Shown here in pieces: positions 26,171 to 39,780 of a stretch of DNA of 64,000 nucleotides. The notes under the pieces were generated by a model, which was not told the origin of the DNA, did no database searches, and was given only the letters and a program-made list of their open reading frames with translations. The translations under genes were made by a program, and so were the position numbers. Position 1 is the stretch's first letter. Each line of letters starts with the position of its first letter. Source of the DNA: Octopus sinensis (lineage: Eukaryota); NCBI RefSeq assembly GCF_006345805.1, contig NC_043000.1, forward strand, positions 40,610,001-40,674,000, written 5' to 3'.

Positions 26171-28709
26171 CAGTAGTTTTATTTTTATAGCGTGCTTTCA
26201 CTTCACTACCGAGCGCAGCTCTGTGTGCCTTAGATATGTGCTGTGATTTGTTGTGATGCTCTGATGGTTATTGTATGGAAAGTGTTCTGCGTAGGATGTG
26301 TGCAGTGCCTAATAGTGCAATTTTCTGAATGTTATATGTGTTTGTAAGTCCTGGTGTTTTTGTTATGTATTTTATCATGCCTAATGGACCTACTATGATA
26401 GGAATTGTTTCTGTTTTTAGATTCCACATTCTGGTTACCTCTATTTCCAGGTCTTTGTATTTTGAGAGTTTCTCCATTTCTTTTAGAGACACGTTGTCAT
26501 CTGCCGGTATTGATACATCAATTAGAAAGCTTTTTTTTCTCCATGATCTCTGACAACTATATCTGGTCTGTTGGCCTTAATTTCTCTATCTGTGTGTATC
26601 GGCATATCCCAGAGTATGGTTGCTTTCTCGTTTTCTGTGACCTTTTCTGGTGTGTGCCTATACCATCGTTTTTCTGTTGTTATTCCATAATGTTGGCATA
26701 GCTTCCAATGTATGTAGGTTCCAACTCTGTCATGTCTGTGAATATATTCCTTCTTAGCCAGGACTGGGCAGCCAGAGATAATATGATTTATTGTTTCTTG
26801 TCCATCTCCACATATTCTGCAGTTACTTGTTATATTTCTTTTCATTACATGTTTTTGGTAATTTCTGGTGGGGAGGCTTTGGTCTTGTGCTGCAATTAAA
26901 AATCCCTCTGTCTCTGCTTTGAGTCATGAGCTTCTCAACCATTGCTGGGATTTTTCTTTGTCTATTTCTTTTGCGTTTAGTTTAGTCCACTATTTACCAT
27001 GAAGGGGCTTTTCTTGCCATCGTTTTATCATGGTTCGTTGCTGTTCTATTTTTAGTTTGGATTTCATTTGTTTTATAGCTTTTGTTGTTTCTTCTTCTTC
27101 TTCTTCTTCTTCTTCTTCTTCTTCTTCTTCTTCTTCTTCTTCTTTTTCATATTTATTAGGTGGTATGATTTCTTGTTTGTATTTGTCAGCTTCCTTAAAT
27201 ACTGAGAACAGTTTTTTGTTTTGCTCGTGTTTTGCCGCTATTTGTATCAGTTTTCCTTCCTTCTGAAGTAAATATCTTTGCAGTCCTATGGTGGTTATTT
27301 TATAGTAGTTTTCTAGCTGTATAAGGCCTCTACCACCTTCTATACGTTGTATATATAGTCTTTCTATGTCAGATTTTGGATGATGCATCCTAGATCCTGT
27401 CATTATTTTTCTTGTTTTCCTATCTATTTTGGTCAGTTCATTTAGTGTCCAGTTAAGGATATTGTAGCTGTAACTTATAACTGGGACAGCTAAAGTGTTA
27501 ATACCTATTATCTTGTTTTTAGCATTGAGCTCTGTTTTTAGTATTGATCTAACTCGTCTATAATATTCTTTTTTAATTTTCTCTTTCATTTGTGTGAGTT
27601 GTGTCTTATCTAGTTCATGGATTCCTAAGTATTTGCAAATTTGGCTTTGGTCTAATTCTTTTATTTCATTGGTTTTATCTAGTGTGATGTTGCTACTCTT
27701 AACTAGTTTTCCTCTTTTCATGGTTACTTTGGCGCATTTTTCTAATCCAAATTTCATATCTATTTCTTTGGTAAATCCATGAACTGTCTTTAATAGTGTT
27801 TCCAGCTGTTTGTCATTTGCAGCGTATAGTTTTAGGTCATCCATATATAAAAGGTGGCTGATCATATTGCCGTAACATTTATATCCGCATCCAGTTCTAT
27901 TTAGTATATCAGATAGAGGTGACAGTGCCAAGCAGAAAAGGAGTGGAGAGAGCGTGTCTCCCTGGAATATTCCTCTTCTAATGGGGATGGCTTTGGTTTT
28001 CATGAGTCCCTGTTTTGTTTGGAGCTGTAGCACTGTTTGCAATTTATTCATAGAGTGCCCTATGAATTTTATAATGGTTGGTGCTACTTTGTTAATGGCT
28101 AGTGTTTCGAGGATCCATGTGTGGGGGATGCTATCAAACGCCTTTTTGTAATCGATCCAGGCCATACTCAGGCCTTTCTTCTTTCTGTGGCTGTCTTCAG
28201 TTATGGCTTTATTAATCATTAGTTGATCTTTACAGCCATATGAGCCTTTGCGGCATCCTTTCTGCTCTTCGGGGAACAGGTTGTTTTCGTCCAGGTGCTT
28301 GTTCAACCTTTGCGATATCACTGCAGTAAATTCCTTGTACATCGTAGGGAGACAGGTTATTGGTCTGTAGTTTTCTGGTTTTGCTGTCTCATTTGATTTG
28401 GGAATTAAGATGGTTTTCCCCTTCGTGAGCCATTCAGGCATTGTCTCTGGCTCTGCTAGTATGTTGTTAAAGTTTTCAGCTAGCTTTTTGTGCATTCCTG
28501 TGAGATATTTCAACCAGAGTTGGGGATCTTATCATGCCCAGGTGCCTTCCAGTTGCTTAGTCTTTGCAGTGCCTGGGTGACCTCTTCAGTTGTTATGGAG
28601 GTCCAAAGTTTCTCAGATGTTGAGTTTGTTGTTTTAATACTCCTTTTTTTTAGTTGTTCGTTCGCCGACCATATTTATCTCCAGAATTCTTCCACTTCTT
28701 TTGCCGTTG
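26171..28709 (-). mobile_element. 5'-truncated R4/Dong-clade non-LTR retrotransposon (RT + CCHC + restriction-like endonuclease), inserted in (TAA)n
   Basis: Minus-strand ORF pieces carry RT motifs (NYRPITCLPT, WIDYKKAFDSIPH, GIFQGDTLSPLLF, LLYMDDLKLYA), a CCHC knuckle (CRICGDGQETINHIISGC) and an RLE (RPDIVVRD...IDVSIP...EKLSKYKDL). 3' UTR runs into (TAA)n at 26147-26170; (TTA)n also lies at 28710-28778. Confidence 0.93.
26990..28513 (-). pseudogene. Reverse transcriptase portion (507 aa) of the R4/Dong element; whole ORF disrupted by stops and frameshifts
   Basis: Open 507-codon stretch. In-frame TAG at ~26990 and TGA at ~26925 are followed by the same-frame CCHC region. Frameshifts lie near 28510 and 26525. 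Confidence 0.9.
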
Positions 28710-28777
<68 letters not shown>

Positions 28778-28867
28778 TACCAAAAAAAGAAGTGTCACTT
28801 GATAACAATGGCACTCTTATTTTTTTGCTTGTATATCTTCTGGAGGAGTTACCTCAATCCTATAAAT

Positions 28868-28986
<119 letters not shown>

Positions 28987-29179
28987 ACTGTTCTCTAATC
29001 TTTCTTGAACTGGATTGAAGATGATTAGATGATTATACGCGCTGTCTTGTCATTGGTTTATTCTACATCACATGTGGTAGAAGGTCCTAACTCGAACGCC
29101 TTTGATCATAAGAACGTTTGTGATCATATTAAGAGCTGGTTTGGGCTAAACACCAATTACAACTGCAGAAAGCCTCCAA

Positions 29180-29218
<39 letters not shown>

Positions 29219-30055
29219 CCTCTCTCTCACCAAATACATCTCTTTGAGGGATCAAGTTATAGATGTTTCATATGAACAGGGCCTGCATTAATTTCTCTAT
29301 TCTGAAAGGCCTTCCAAAACACATGAGCACTGTCCCGCTTTTTCTGAATAACTGATGAAAATATGTAGAAATAAAATAACTATTCTCCTGTTTACTTTAA
29401 TCTACGATGCAACAAGTTCGCCCTTTCTCATGGTTGGGTGGTCGGTTGGCGACGAAACCACGTCAGGGCTCCCTCGTTGACACTGTATTGTTGTTGTTGA
29501 TGTCATTGTCGTTCATATTCCTTTTCTTTCTCATTTTTGTATATGTTTATTTGTAGTTGTTGTTATTGCTAAATCTATCGTTGTTGAAGTTGTTGTAGCT
29601 GTGATCATTGTTGTTGTTGTTGTTACATTGTTATTGCAAGTGGTAACCATGGTGATGTCATATCTGCCTGTTGATACGTGAAAACTCCCGAAGTACATAG
29701 AGAAAAAAAAGGAGAGAGCCCACAAAAAGAAATAGAAAAAGACAACAATACTGTAAGATATAGTGGTAGGAGTTAAAAGCACGTAGCTTTAATAGTCGTC
29801 TCTACCCATTATATTATGGATTAGGGTGAGGAGCTGGTATGGTGAGGGAAGGGGAAAGTGAAGTCTGAGTGTTTTTTATTGTTTTGTTTATGTTGGAAGC
29901 TTATGCCTGTGGAATAATTTAAATATTGTTTATGTTGTTGATCATTGTATGTATATGTAGACACACACACAGACACGCATATATATAGACTTTATATATA
30001 TATATATATATATATACAAACACAAATGCATATACGCACACACACACACGCACAG

Positions 30056-30090
<35 letters not shown>

Positions 30091-30141
30091 CATATAGACA
30101 TACATACATATACATACTTTCATCTATAAGTATATATATAT

Positions 30142-30214
<73 letters not shown>

Positions 30215-31134
30215 TATGTCGGCACAGGACGTCACGAAACGTGTACAACAAAAAGAAATACGATGTACGAGTACATGGAATATGAACTATTTTTTTTGAA
30301 CAACGAAAGACACAAATGGAAAACAAGACAAACAACATAAAGAACGACCCTTCATCAGTTTTTGACAGTTTTTCTAGTCTCGTATTTCGAGCATTTAACA
30401 ACAATATACGCTTTCGATAAAACAGTTGCTCTCGCAAAGCAAATTAAATAAAATTTGGGATTTTGCGGAGGGTCAAAATTGGTAACACAAACAGGACAGT
30501 GAAAACTAACAGGAAGGACTGCGAAGCCTAAATGAGGTTGTGCTGGCGAAATCAAGCTTGGATAGGAGACAGACAAGAACAAGTCCGCCTTGTTCCAGCT
30601 ACAACAGAGAGAAAGAAAGAAATACAAGTTAGGAGATGAAAGAAAGATGGCCGATGATCACGTTGGAGCCACATGAGCAAGGGAGGAGGAGTAAGGGAGG
30701 AGGAGTGAGGGAGAGAGCGTGGCAGAGTAATAGGATTGAATAGTGGGAGAAGAGGAGGTAAAAGAATAAGAGAGAGAAAGAGAGAAAAACGAAAGAGCAA
30801 AAAGATCGTATAGAGTGCGCATCAGAATTATTAAGATAAAACTAACTTGGAAGACGAAGAGTACTTTCTATGTGCAATCCATGGTCATGTATATAGTATC
30901 TAATTCATATTAGCTGAATTAGATACTTAAGCTGAGGTACCAAACATTAGTGCGGTATTATCCGTACAATTTCAAAATAAAATCAAAATAAGCAACAGGA
31001 TATCCAGAGCGTTTCAAGCGACTCCATTTAATTGAACAATGCAATCATTACATCAATTTAAATGTAGAGCTATCGTCATCTGCATAAACAAATAAAATAG
31101 AACTAATTTAATCAGTCGGACACATTTGTATAAT

Positions 31135-31232
31135 TTTACTTAAATCCTCTAGTGGATGTAAAAGTGTAACCATGTAAAAATAAGTAAATAAAGTAGTATT
31201 GCGAAATTCCGGTTTTTTGGAGCACCCCCTCA
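31135..31232 (-). mobile_element. mariner-like terminal fragment
   Basis: Minus strand reads ta-tgagggggtgctccaaaaaaccggaat, similar to mariner TIR starts, and abuts (TACA)n. Confidence 0.5.
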
Positions 31233-31324
31233 TATACATACATACATCATATATACATACATACATACATACATACATACATACATACATACATACATAC
31301 ATACATACATACATACATACATAC

Positions 31325-31365
31325 AGTATGAAGATGGCCTAGCTGACCGAAACTTCGAAGTCGCT
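31325..31365 (+). ncRNA. Degenerate Penelope-type hammerhead (C3A)
   Basis: agt-aTGAAGA-t-ggcc(tagct)gacc-GAAA-cttcgaag-TC-gct. A homologous decayed copy lies at ~41545-41640. Confidence 0.5.
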
Positions 31366-31811
31366 ATCGAGACTATTCTTGTTTAAAGCATAATAAATTT
31401 GTACTGTAGAAAGGTATTGAGTAGCCCTTCAGATTGATGTAAAATTGGATTTTATTATTACCGAACATGGAAAGTTAAAAATGTGGAGCATTTCCAACAC
31501 AACACTCAGCCCTAGCTTGAGGCTATCTACACCCTGCAATGACTCCTCACTTGACCATTAACTAGGTGCCGGCAACTGCGGGTTTGCTTGTTATCGATCC
31601 ACCTCATCCGATATATTTTAGCTTTGCTCATCTTTCTTCTTCGTATTCGTTTTCTCTTTCTCTATTTCTTCTGCTCCCACTTAACCCACGTCCTCTTCTT
31701 CTTCTTCTCTTTGTTACACGCTTATCACACACATGCGCACACAGGCATATTCAGACGCTGAGTAAGAAACGTCGTTATTTTACTATCAAAATATATCTGG
31801 ACTCTTAAAGA

Positions 31812-32215
31812 TGACAATATTGGTTTCAAACTTTGGCACAAAACCAGAATTTGGAGGGAGAGGTTAAGTCGATTACATCTACCCCAGTGTTCAACTGGTG
31901 CTTGTTTTATCGATCCAAAAGGATGAAAGGCAAAGTCGACCAAAGCGGAATTTCAACTCAGAGCGTAACGACAAACGAAATGCTTCTAAGAATTTTTCTC
32001 GGCGCCTTTTAAAAGATGATAATATTAAAAATGATTGCAAAGTGCTTAGCTGTATTTCGCCCGTCTTTACGTTCTGAGATCAAATTTCACCGAGGTCGAT
32101 TTTGCCTTTCATCCTATAGGGATCAATAAAATAAGTGCCAGCTGAACGCTGGGGTCGATATTATCGACTTACCCATTTCCCTGAAATTGCTAGCCTTGTG
32201 TAAAAATTTGCAACC
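31812..32215. mobile_element. Two divergently oriented SINE A copies (minus 31812-31990, plus 32030-32215)
   Basis: aggatgaaaggcaaagtcgacc on the left copy; ggtcgattttgcctttcatcct on the right copy. Confidence 0.75.
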
Positions 32216-32731
32216 AGTGTTAGCAATTATTCACCAAGGAGTCCATTATAAAATGTCTCAATACAATTATAACTCCATATGATGAGATTTTTGTCTCGGA
32301 AAATAAAGCACCACCTGCATATTTTACAATCTTAAACAAAAGATCGGAACTAGTGAATTCCTGTAGCCACTTCCATTCTTATATTTATTGAGAAATTTCC
32401 AGCAACTAACTGAATAAAATACTATTCCCCACTTAACGGATTTACCATACTCTGAAAGATATTTATATAATGAAAACATTCTGGTATTTATTAATTTCAC
32501 TGACACTAGCTACCCTCGTTGCTTTGCGTATTTTTACATATGTGATACTGAGGAAATGAATGTGCGCGCGCGCATACGCACACACATGTCTTGTACGTAG
32601 CAAACGCTTTTGTTTCAGCACATGATCACAAATCGAAACACTTGCTATGCAAGTACCACGCCCTCTCTTTCTCACTCACTCTCTCTCACTTTCTCTCTCT
32701 CTCTCTCTCTCTCTGTATATATATATATATA

Positions 32732-32773
<42 letters not shown>

Positions 32774-32776
<3 letters not shown>

Positions 32777-32995
32777 TAATTCTTTGCCATATCGCGGTTC
32801 ACCTATCGCGGTTTATTATTTAAGCTTACGTCAATTCTTCCGTAGTCTTGTATTGTATTTATAATAAAATAGGTATATACAAATTATAGAAAATAATTTT
32901 AAAAATATACAGTAGAGTACTGTTTCTACTTCGCAGATTTTCACCTATCTTGGGGTGTGTGGAACGTAACACGTGCGATATTCGAGGGACTACTG
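32774..32995. mobile_element. Tigger/pogo-like MITE
   Basis: ta|cagtaattctttgccatatcgcg ... gcgatattcgagggactactg|ta, TA TSD, 222 bp. Confidence 0.8.
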
Positions 32996-33453
32996 TATAG
33001 TTAATTAAAAAAACCGAGAAGACAACAAGAAAATAAAAAAGAGAACATAGCACATGTAAAGTATTAATAAGACGCCCAGAGAAGAAAAAGAGTGGTTGTT
33101 TATGTTTTGAGCGTAGCTCTTCTTCGGAAACAGGTAACAGGTAAGTCCAAAAGGAAAGGAAATCAGTCGATGACTGTCCATGTGTTGTTACATTTTTGAA
33201 ATGACTGGAAGTAGAAAGACAAAGAGAAAGTGCTTTCTTGGACAGGAGAGTGTGAAGAATGGTTGGTATCTGTGTATATATGTGTGTGTGTGTGTGTGTG
33301 TATGGCTGTGTGTGTGCGCGTGTGTATGTGTTGGTGGACAGTAACTGTGTGTGTGTGTGTGCGTATTAGCGCGTGCGCGTGTGGGCGTATGGTGGTAACT
33401 GTTGTGTGTGATATTAACTGTGTCTGGTTTCTCTCCTTGTTTTTTTTATGTCA

Positions 33454-33489
33454 CTTTCTGTAGAAGAGCGTAGGCTCGAAACGTAAAAG
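33454..33489 (+). ncRNA. Minimal Penelope-type hammerhead, one core substitution (A6U)
   Basis: cttt-CTGtAGA-a-gagc(gtag)gctc-GAAA-cg-TA-aaag. Stems I and II fully paired. Confidence 0.62.
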
Positions 33490-33605
33490 ACTTTTTCTAT
33501 TCCTGAGCATTATACTAATACATCTGTTTGTTTTGTACACCACCTGTCTTCGTCTTTTGTTTTTCCGTAGACTCTCCCTATATATATATATATAATTATA
33601 TAATA

Positions 33606-33658
<53 letters not shown>

Positions 33659-33762
33659 CATACTACATACATACATACATACCATACATACAGACATACA
33701 TACATACATACATACGTCGTATGTAAAAAACAAGTTTGTTTTCGAAGCGTTAAAATGTATTG

Positions 33763-33957
33763 TAGAACAAGTAGAAAGATAAATTTTATTGAACGCGTAG
33801 ATACTGAAGAGTATATATATAAAGAATAAAATCCCTTTTTAAAAGCTGAAAAATTTGTCGGCAGCCATTTTTTCTGCTTTTAAAAAAGGATTCTATCCTT
33901 TATATATACTCTTCGGTATCTACGCGTTCAATAAAATTTATCTTTCTACTTGTTCTA
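33763..33957. mobile_element. Hairpin MITE, ~90 bp near-perfect arms, short spacer
   Basis: tagaacaagtagaaagataaattttattgaacgcgtagatac... is the reverse complement of ...gtatctacgcgttcaataaaatttatctttctacttgttcta. Confidence 0.8.
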
Positions 33958-34047
33958 TATATATGTATATATATATATATAATATATATATATATATAAT
34001 ATATTTATTAAATATATATAATATATATATATATATATAACACATGT

Positions 34048-34086
<39 letters not shown>

Positions 34087-34604
34087 CGCGAATGTATGCC
34101 TGCATGTATGCATATATTGTAATCTCCCGTCAAAGACAACGTATGAGTGTTCAGTTTTTGCCGAACGACCTCACACAAATAACTTGTTTATGGCGAACAA
34201 TTGTTTGAGCTGTACATTAACTCACTTCCTACATCAAATCAATGTTGCCTGAACAGGTGCATGATGTATCATGCCAGGTGTCAAAGTGATCGTAGGGTAA
34301 CATGAAATGAAGTTCTTTGCTCAAACGCACAATATAGATTAATCTAAATGATTACTCATTATTTTCTGTAGTATGTATATTTGTCATAATTTTAGAAGTA
34401 AGATTGTGAAAGTGACGTCAACGTTTCGTCCTACAAGCTTTCATCAGACGGTCGACTTTTCTATCCTAAAAGGTTTTTAAGCAAATATCTAAATATTATT
34501 ATCTATAGGTTTATTTGCTACGAGTTTTACCGTTCGAAGGAACAATTACATGTATGTGTATATAAGTGATTCTAGAGACGGTCATGGGGTGGTTACTTAT
34601 CTGT

Positions 34605-34662
<58 letters not shown>

Positions 34663-34719
34663 TACATATATGTATGTATGTATGTATGTTTGTATGTATG
34701 TATGTATATATTTCTTTTA

Positions 34720-35298
<579 letters not shown>

Positions 35299-35760
35299 CA
35301 TAGATAGATGACAGAGAGGGGACAGAAGGAGCACAATAGAAAGAATATAGATTTATTTTAAAGGTTGTCTGGTTGTATGTACTTTCATGTATAAATATAA
35401 CACGAAGATACATAAACCTTACAACAAGCTCGACTACATACAGAAAATAGAATTTGTCTCCCAATTGACCACCCCTTCCTTCTATACTCTCATTACCTCT
35501 TTATTTGAGATTAGTCATACTGACTCCCCTTCTATGCTCCGACACCCACTGTTGCTATTGAATAATTTAGATGTCAGAGGTTGTCCTTGACCCCTTCAAC
35601 ACTCCCTCTTGGGGTTAGGTGACGCAGACGATAAGCAATCAGTTACGTAACTGTGCACTTACACACTTAAACACAACACAAGCACAGTCTCACAGAGAGA
35701 GACACACAGCGTGTACATACATAAGGATAGCATTTAAATACGTCTTTTTATATGCATGCA

Positions 35761-35796
<36 letters not shown>

Positions 35797-36972
35797 TGTA
35801 TGTATGTATGTATGTATGTATGTTTGTATGTATGTGTGTATGCATGCATGCACACACTGATCCACGAATGTTAATCTCGTTTTCAGGTCAGATCAGCTGT
35901 CTCTCTCACTGTTTGTTTGCCTCTTTTCAATTTTCAGTTTTTATTGTTTTTCCTCTCTCAAACGTCTACCGTCACATACTGCATTCTTGTGTGTTCTTTA
36001 TTCTCTTCAACTCAACACTGTCACACCCTCATACACACGCGCACAGATATACACACACACTAACACACGTTCTATGCATACATACATATAAATACATACA
36101 CATATATACATATACGTATGTTTATGTATGTATATATGTATGCGTGTGTGTGTACATGTGCGTGTGTGTGTGTGTGTACATGTGTGTGCATGTATGTGTA
36201 AGTACACACACTCTCACACACATTTACATATACTATTAATAAGATACGGAAAATATTTTGGATTGTTTATGCTTTATACATGTTTCCATTAGTTAAATGG
36301 CAGGAGGACACAATTATTTAATGAAAACTACTTAGTCATATCAATACACTTCCTCAGTCTTTTGCCAAAAATATGTGTTCGACGTACTGCTGAACCCAAG
36401 ATTTTAGCTACCTGTCGCGTTATGTATGAGCATGTATGTGCGTTTGTATACTTATAAATGTTTTAAAACCAATAAGTACAAACGTTTTAGAACCAAGATC
36501 CATTCATAAAATAGTGCATAAAAATTTTATAAGCAGGAACCCAGTGGGGTTCTTCAGTTTTATCACCACGCACTAGACATTCTGCTTAACAACTCATTCT
36601 ATACAAAAATTCAAAGTCATCGAATCTCTGTATTTCTGCCTCATTAACTTAATGTATGAAAGCTATCCAATTTATAGGCGATAGTTTAGCTTTGCACTTA
36701 CATAACTGCTATTTTGCTTTAGGACATCTTTTGCAAAAGTTTATAGGCAATATAACTTTTTCTGAAATTCGTACTTTTCAGTTCCTGACAGTAAGAACTA
36801 AAAAAAAAACTGGCAATAGGCGCAGGCGCGGCTGTATTGTAAGACGTTTGCTTCCTAACCGCATGGTTCTGAATTAAGTCCCACTGCGCGGCACCATACG
36901 CTAATGTCTCCTACTTTAGCCTCGGGTCGCCCAAAGCCTTGTAAACGGATTTAGTGTGCGCGTGTATGTATA

Positions 36973-37189
36973 CAAACATTGAAGCGCCGGGTGAGTTGAT
37001 ATTTTAGAAATGAAGGAATTCTCGAACGCAAGAGAACAGCTGTGAAAACAGTTTAGAGCGTTGCTGCACACTTTTTCCAGTAATAAGGGTACTTTAACCG
37101 ATTCTATAAGCTGTTTTCACAGCTATTCTCTTACATCCGAGATTCCTTTCATTTCTAAAATACCAACTCACTCAGCACTTCAATGTTTG
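36973..37189. mobile_element. MITE-like element with ~85 bp imperfect TIRs
   Basis: caaacattgaagcgccgggtgagttgatattttagaaatgaagg... versus ...cctttcatttctaaaataccaactcactcagcacttcaatgtttg. Confidence 0.75.
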
Positions 37190-37441
37190 CTTATACATAT
37201 GCAAATGTGTATGTGTGTGTGTGTGTGTGACCGCGTGTGTACCGTTGGCGATATTTTTTCTCCGTCTTCCTTTCCTTGGATCTTTCCTTTTCCTATGTTT
37301 CTGACTAAGAGCTCCGCTCAAAACGTTAAATCCTTCTTTCTTTCCTTTCCTGGGCGTCCAATAACACTAAAATTGTTCCACGTCCTCGCGTTGTTGTGTT
37401 TTCTCTTTGTGTTTTCATGTTTGTATTAACTTTATATATAT

Positions 37442-37506
<65 letters not shown>

Positions 37507-37519
37507 ATATATGAATATC

Positions 37520-37559
<40 letters not shown>

Positions 37560-38945
37560 TATATACATAAATTACAATCCTTTAGAACATTGTGACGCCA
37601 ATAGACTTCATGCGATTTTCGGAAGTGTAGTCTATTCTTTGTTAAAATAGCGTAAACATGAATTTCTTCCATCTTGTTGCTCTTAAAATATTTGAGAAAA
37701 ATTAAATTAATGTGTCCAACTGGTTAAAATTCCATTTATTTATTTGTGTAACTGAAGATAGCACTGCATTTAAACTGATGTAATGATTGCACTATTCAAT
37801 TAAATGGAGCCGCTTGAAACGGTCGTACTACATCACTAGTTGATATCCCGTTGCTTATTCTGATTTTATTCACTTTACTTCGAGCTGTGCCGATAATACC
37901 TGACCGATTTGCTTCAAGTACCTAATTCAATTGAATTATACATACACACGCACACATACACATATTCATATTTACACAAAGGAAGAGAAAAATACGAGAG
38001 GAATTTGGTAGAGAGAGAGCGTGATTAATAGAAAATACAGACATATATTTGGATATAGATATAGTTTTAGACATATGTACAAATGAATGCGTATTTGCGT
38101 ATGTGTGAGTGTGTCTGCACTGTGGGTAGGTATAATGTGTATATATCTGCATGTGTTTGCATCTATGTGCGTGCGTGTGTATGTTTGAATGTGTGTGAGT
38201 TTGTGTATATCTGTGTGTGTTTGTGTATGTGTGTGTGTTTGTGTGGTGTGTGTGTGTGTGTGTGTTCGTATGGGATTTTTTAACCAAAGATATCGTTGAA
38301 ACAAGTACAAGATTTCCTTGTAGCAGAAGGAACAGCGCAATTGAGCACAAGTGGCATGTACGCGCACGCACACACACATACACACGCACACACACACACA
38401 CACAAGCACACAATCAGAAACACTTAGACATATGTATATACATGTGCACACAAATCCACACAATGTAATTACAAGTTTCTATAAGACATATGCTCGTGTG
38501 TTTCAATAGCTGTCTCGCTTCAAATTAAGAGAGAAAATGGGGAAACAGTACATTGAGGGAAATGTTCACATGAGATCGACGACAGTACAACAATTCCTGG
38601 AATCAAATTAAAAAGATTTTAACGAAACATCCCTTCAATTATGGTGTTGTCTCGGGTTTCACAAATAATTAGAACTACCTGTTTCAATCGAGCAAACGAG
38701 AGATCTTCTACATATACATTCGATCTGGTAAAAATAGCAGCCAAATATTCACACCACACCATGTTGCCTTAAAGATGAGAAAATGCCTTGAATAATGTAG
38801 ACTGCAGTATCCAATGTCTGTAAGAAGACAGGTTGTTCACAGCTGGAGTGCATTTCATCACAAGTTTCCTCAATAAGTTCTGGGAATAACCAATAAGAAT
38901 AACAATTTGTTACAGTTCAAACATTCCCACATGGCGCAGGCACAC

Positions 38946-39016
<71 letters not shown>

Positions 39017-39780
39017 TTCTCTCTTTACGCCTCCTTTCTTGTTCCTACTTGCACTCCCCCTCACCTTTTCTCTCTACTCTCTACTTCCTCACCATCCTTT
39101 CCTAGAATGCAAATTCTCCTTCTTCATTTCTCACTTCCTCTCGATTTTTTTTCTGTTATTAACTGGACTCTCTTGCACAACACGTTTTCTGTCCTTCTCC
39201 GCTATTTGAAGTTCAATGACTATTATCCGTCTTTTGAAGTTCAGTAACTATTGTTCGAGAAACTAATTTTGTATATTCTTATATTTTGCCAACATTACTT
39301 TTGTGCCGATTTGTCCCATGTTCTTGTATATTCTTTCGTTGAAAAATAAAAAAGCCCAATACTGTCCTCATCTCCGTCTTTGCCACAATTTTCGTAACTT
39401 TCATATGCCTTCATCATTGCCTTAGTCGTTTTTAGATTTTCTAAAAGTTACTGACGACGTTGAGCAGAGGTGACCTTATTCTAAGGCGTCGACATCGCAT
39501 TGAAACTCAGCAGACGTTGATGAAGGAAATCGTCGTTTGTTTCATTGGTATTATTGCTTATCTTTCTCTATACCTTTTTTTTTATATATATATTTTCTTT
39601 TGCTTCAGTCATTTGACTGAAGCCGTGCTGGAATATCACCTAGAAGGGTTTTAGTCGAACAGATCGCCCCCAGGACTTTTTAAAGCCTAGTACTTATTCT
39701 GTCGGTCTCGCCGAACCACTTAGGCTACGGGAACGAAAACACACAAACACTGGTTGTCAAGACACACACACACATGGAGA

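Noticed and set aside
39299-39440. Possible 142 nt minus-strand exon (NLKTTKAMMKAYES...WDKSAQ)
   Set aside because: Weak acceptor, no recognisable product, opposite strand to the other candidates.
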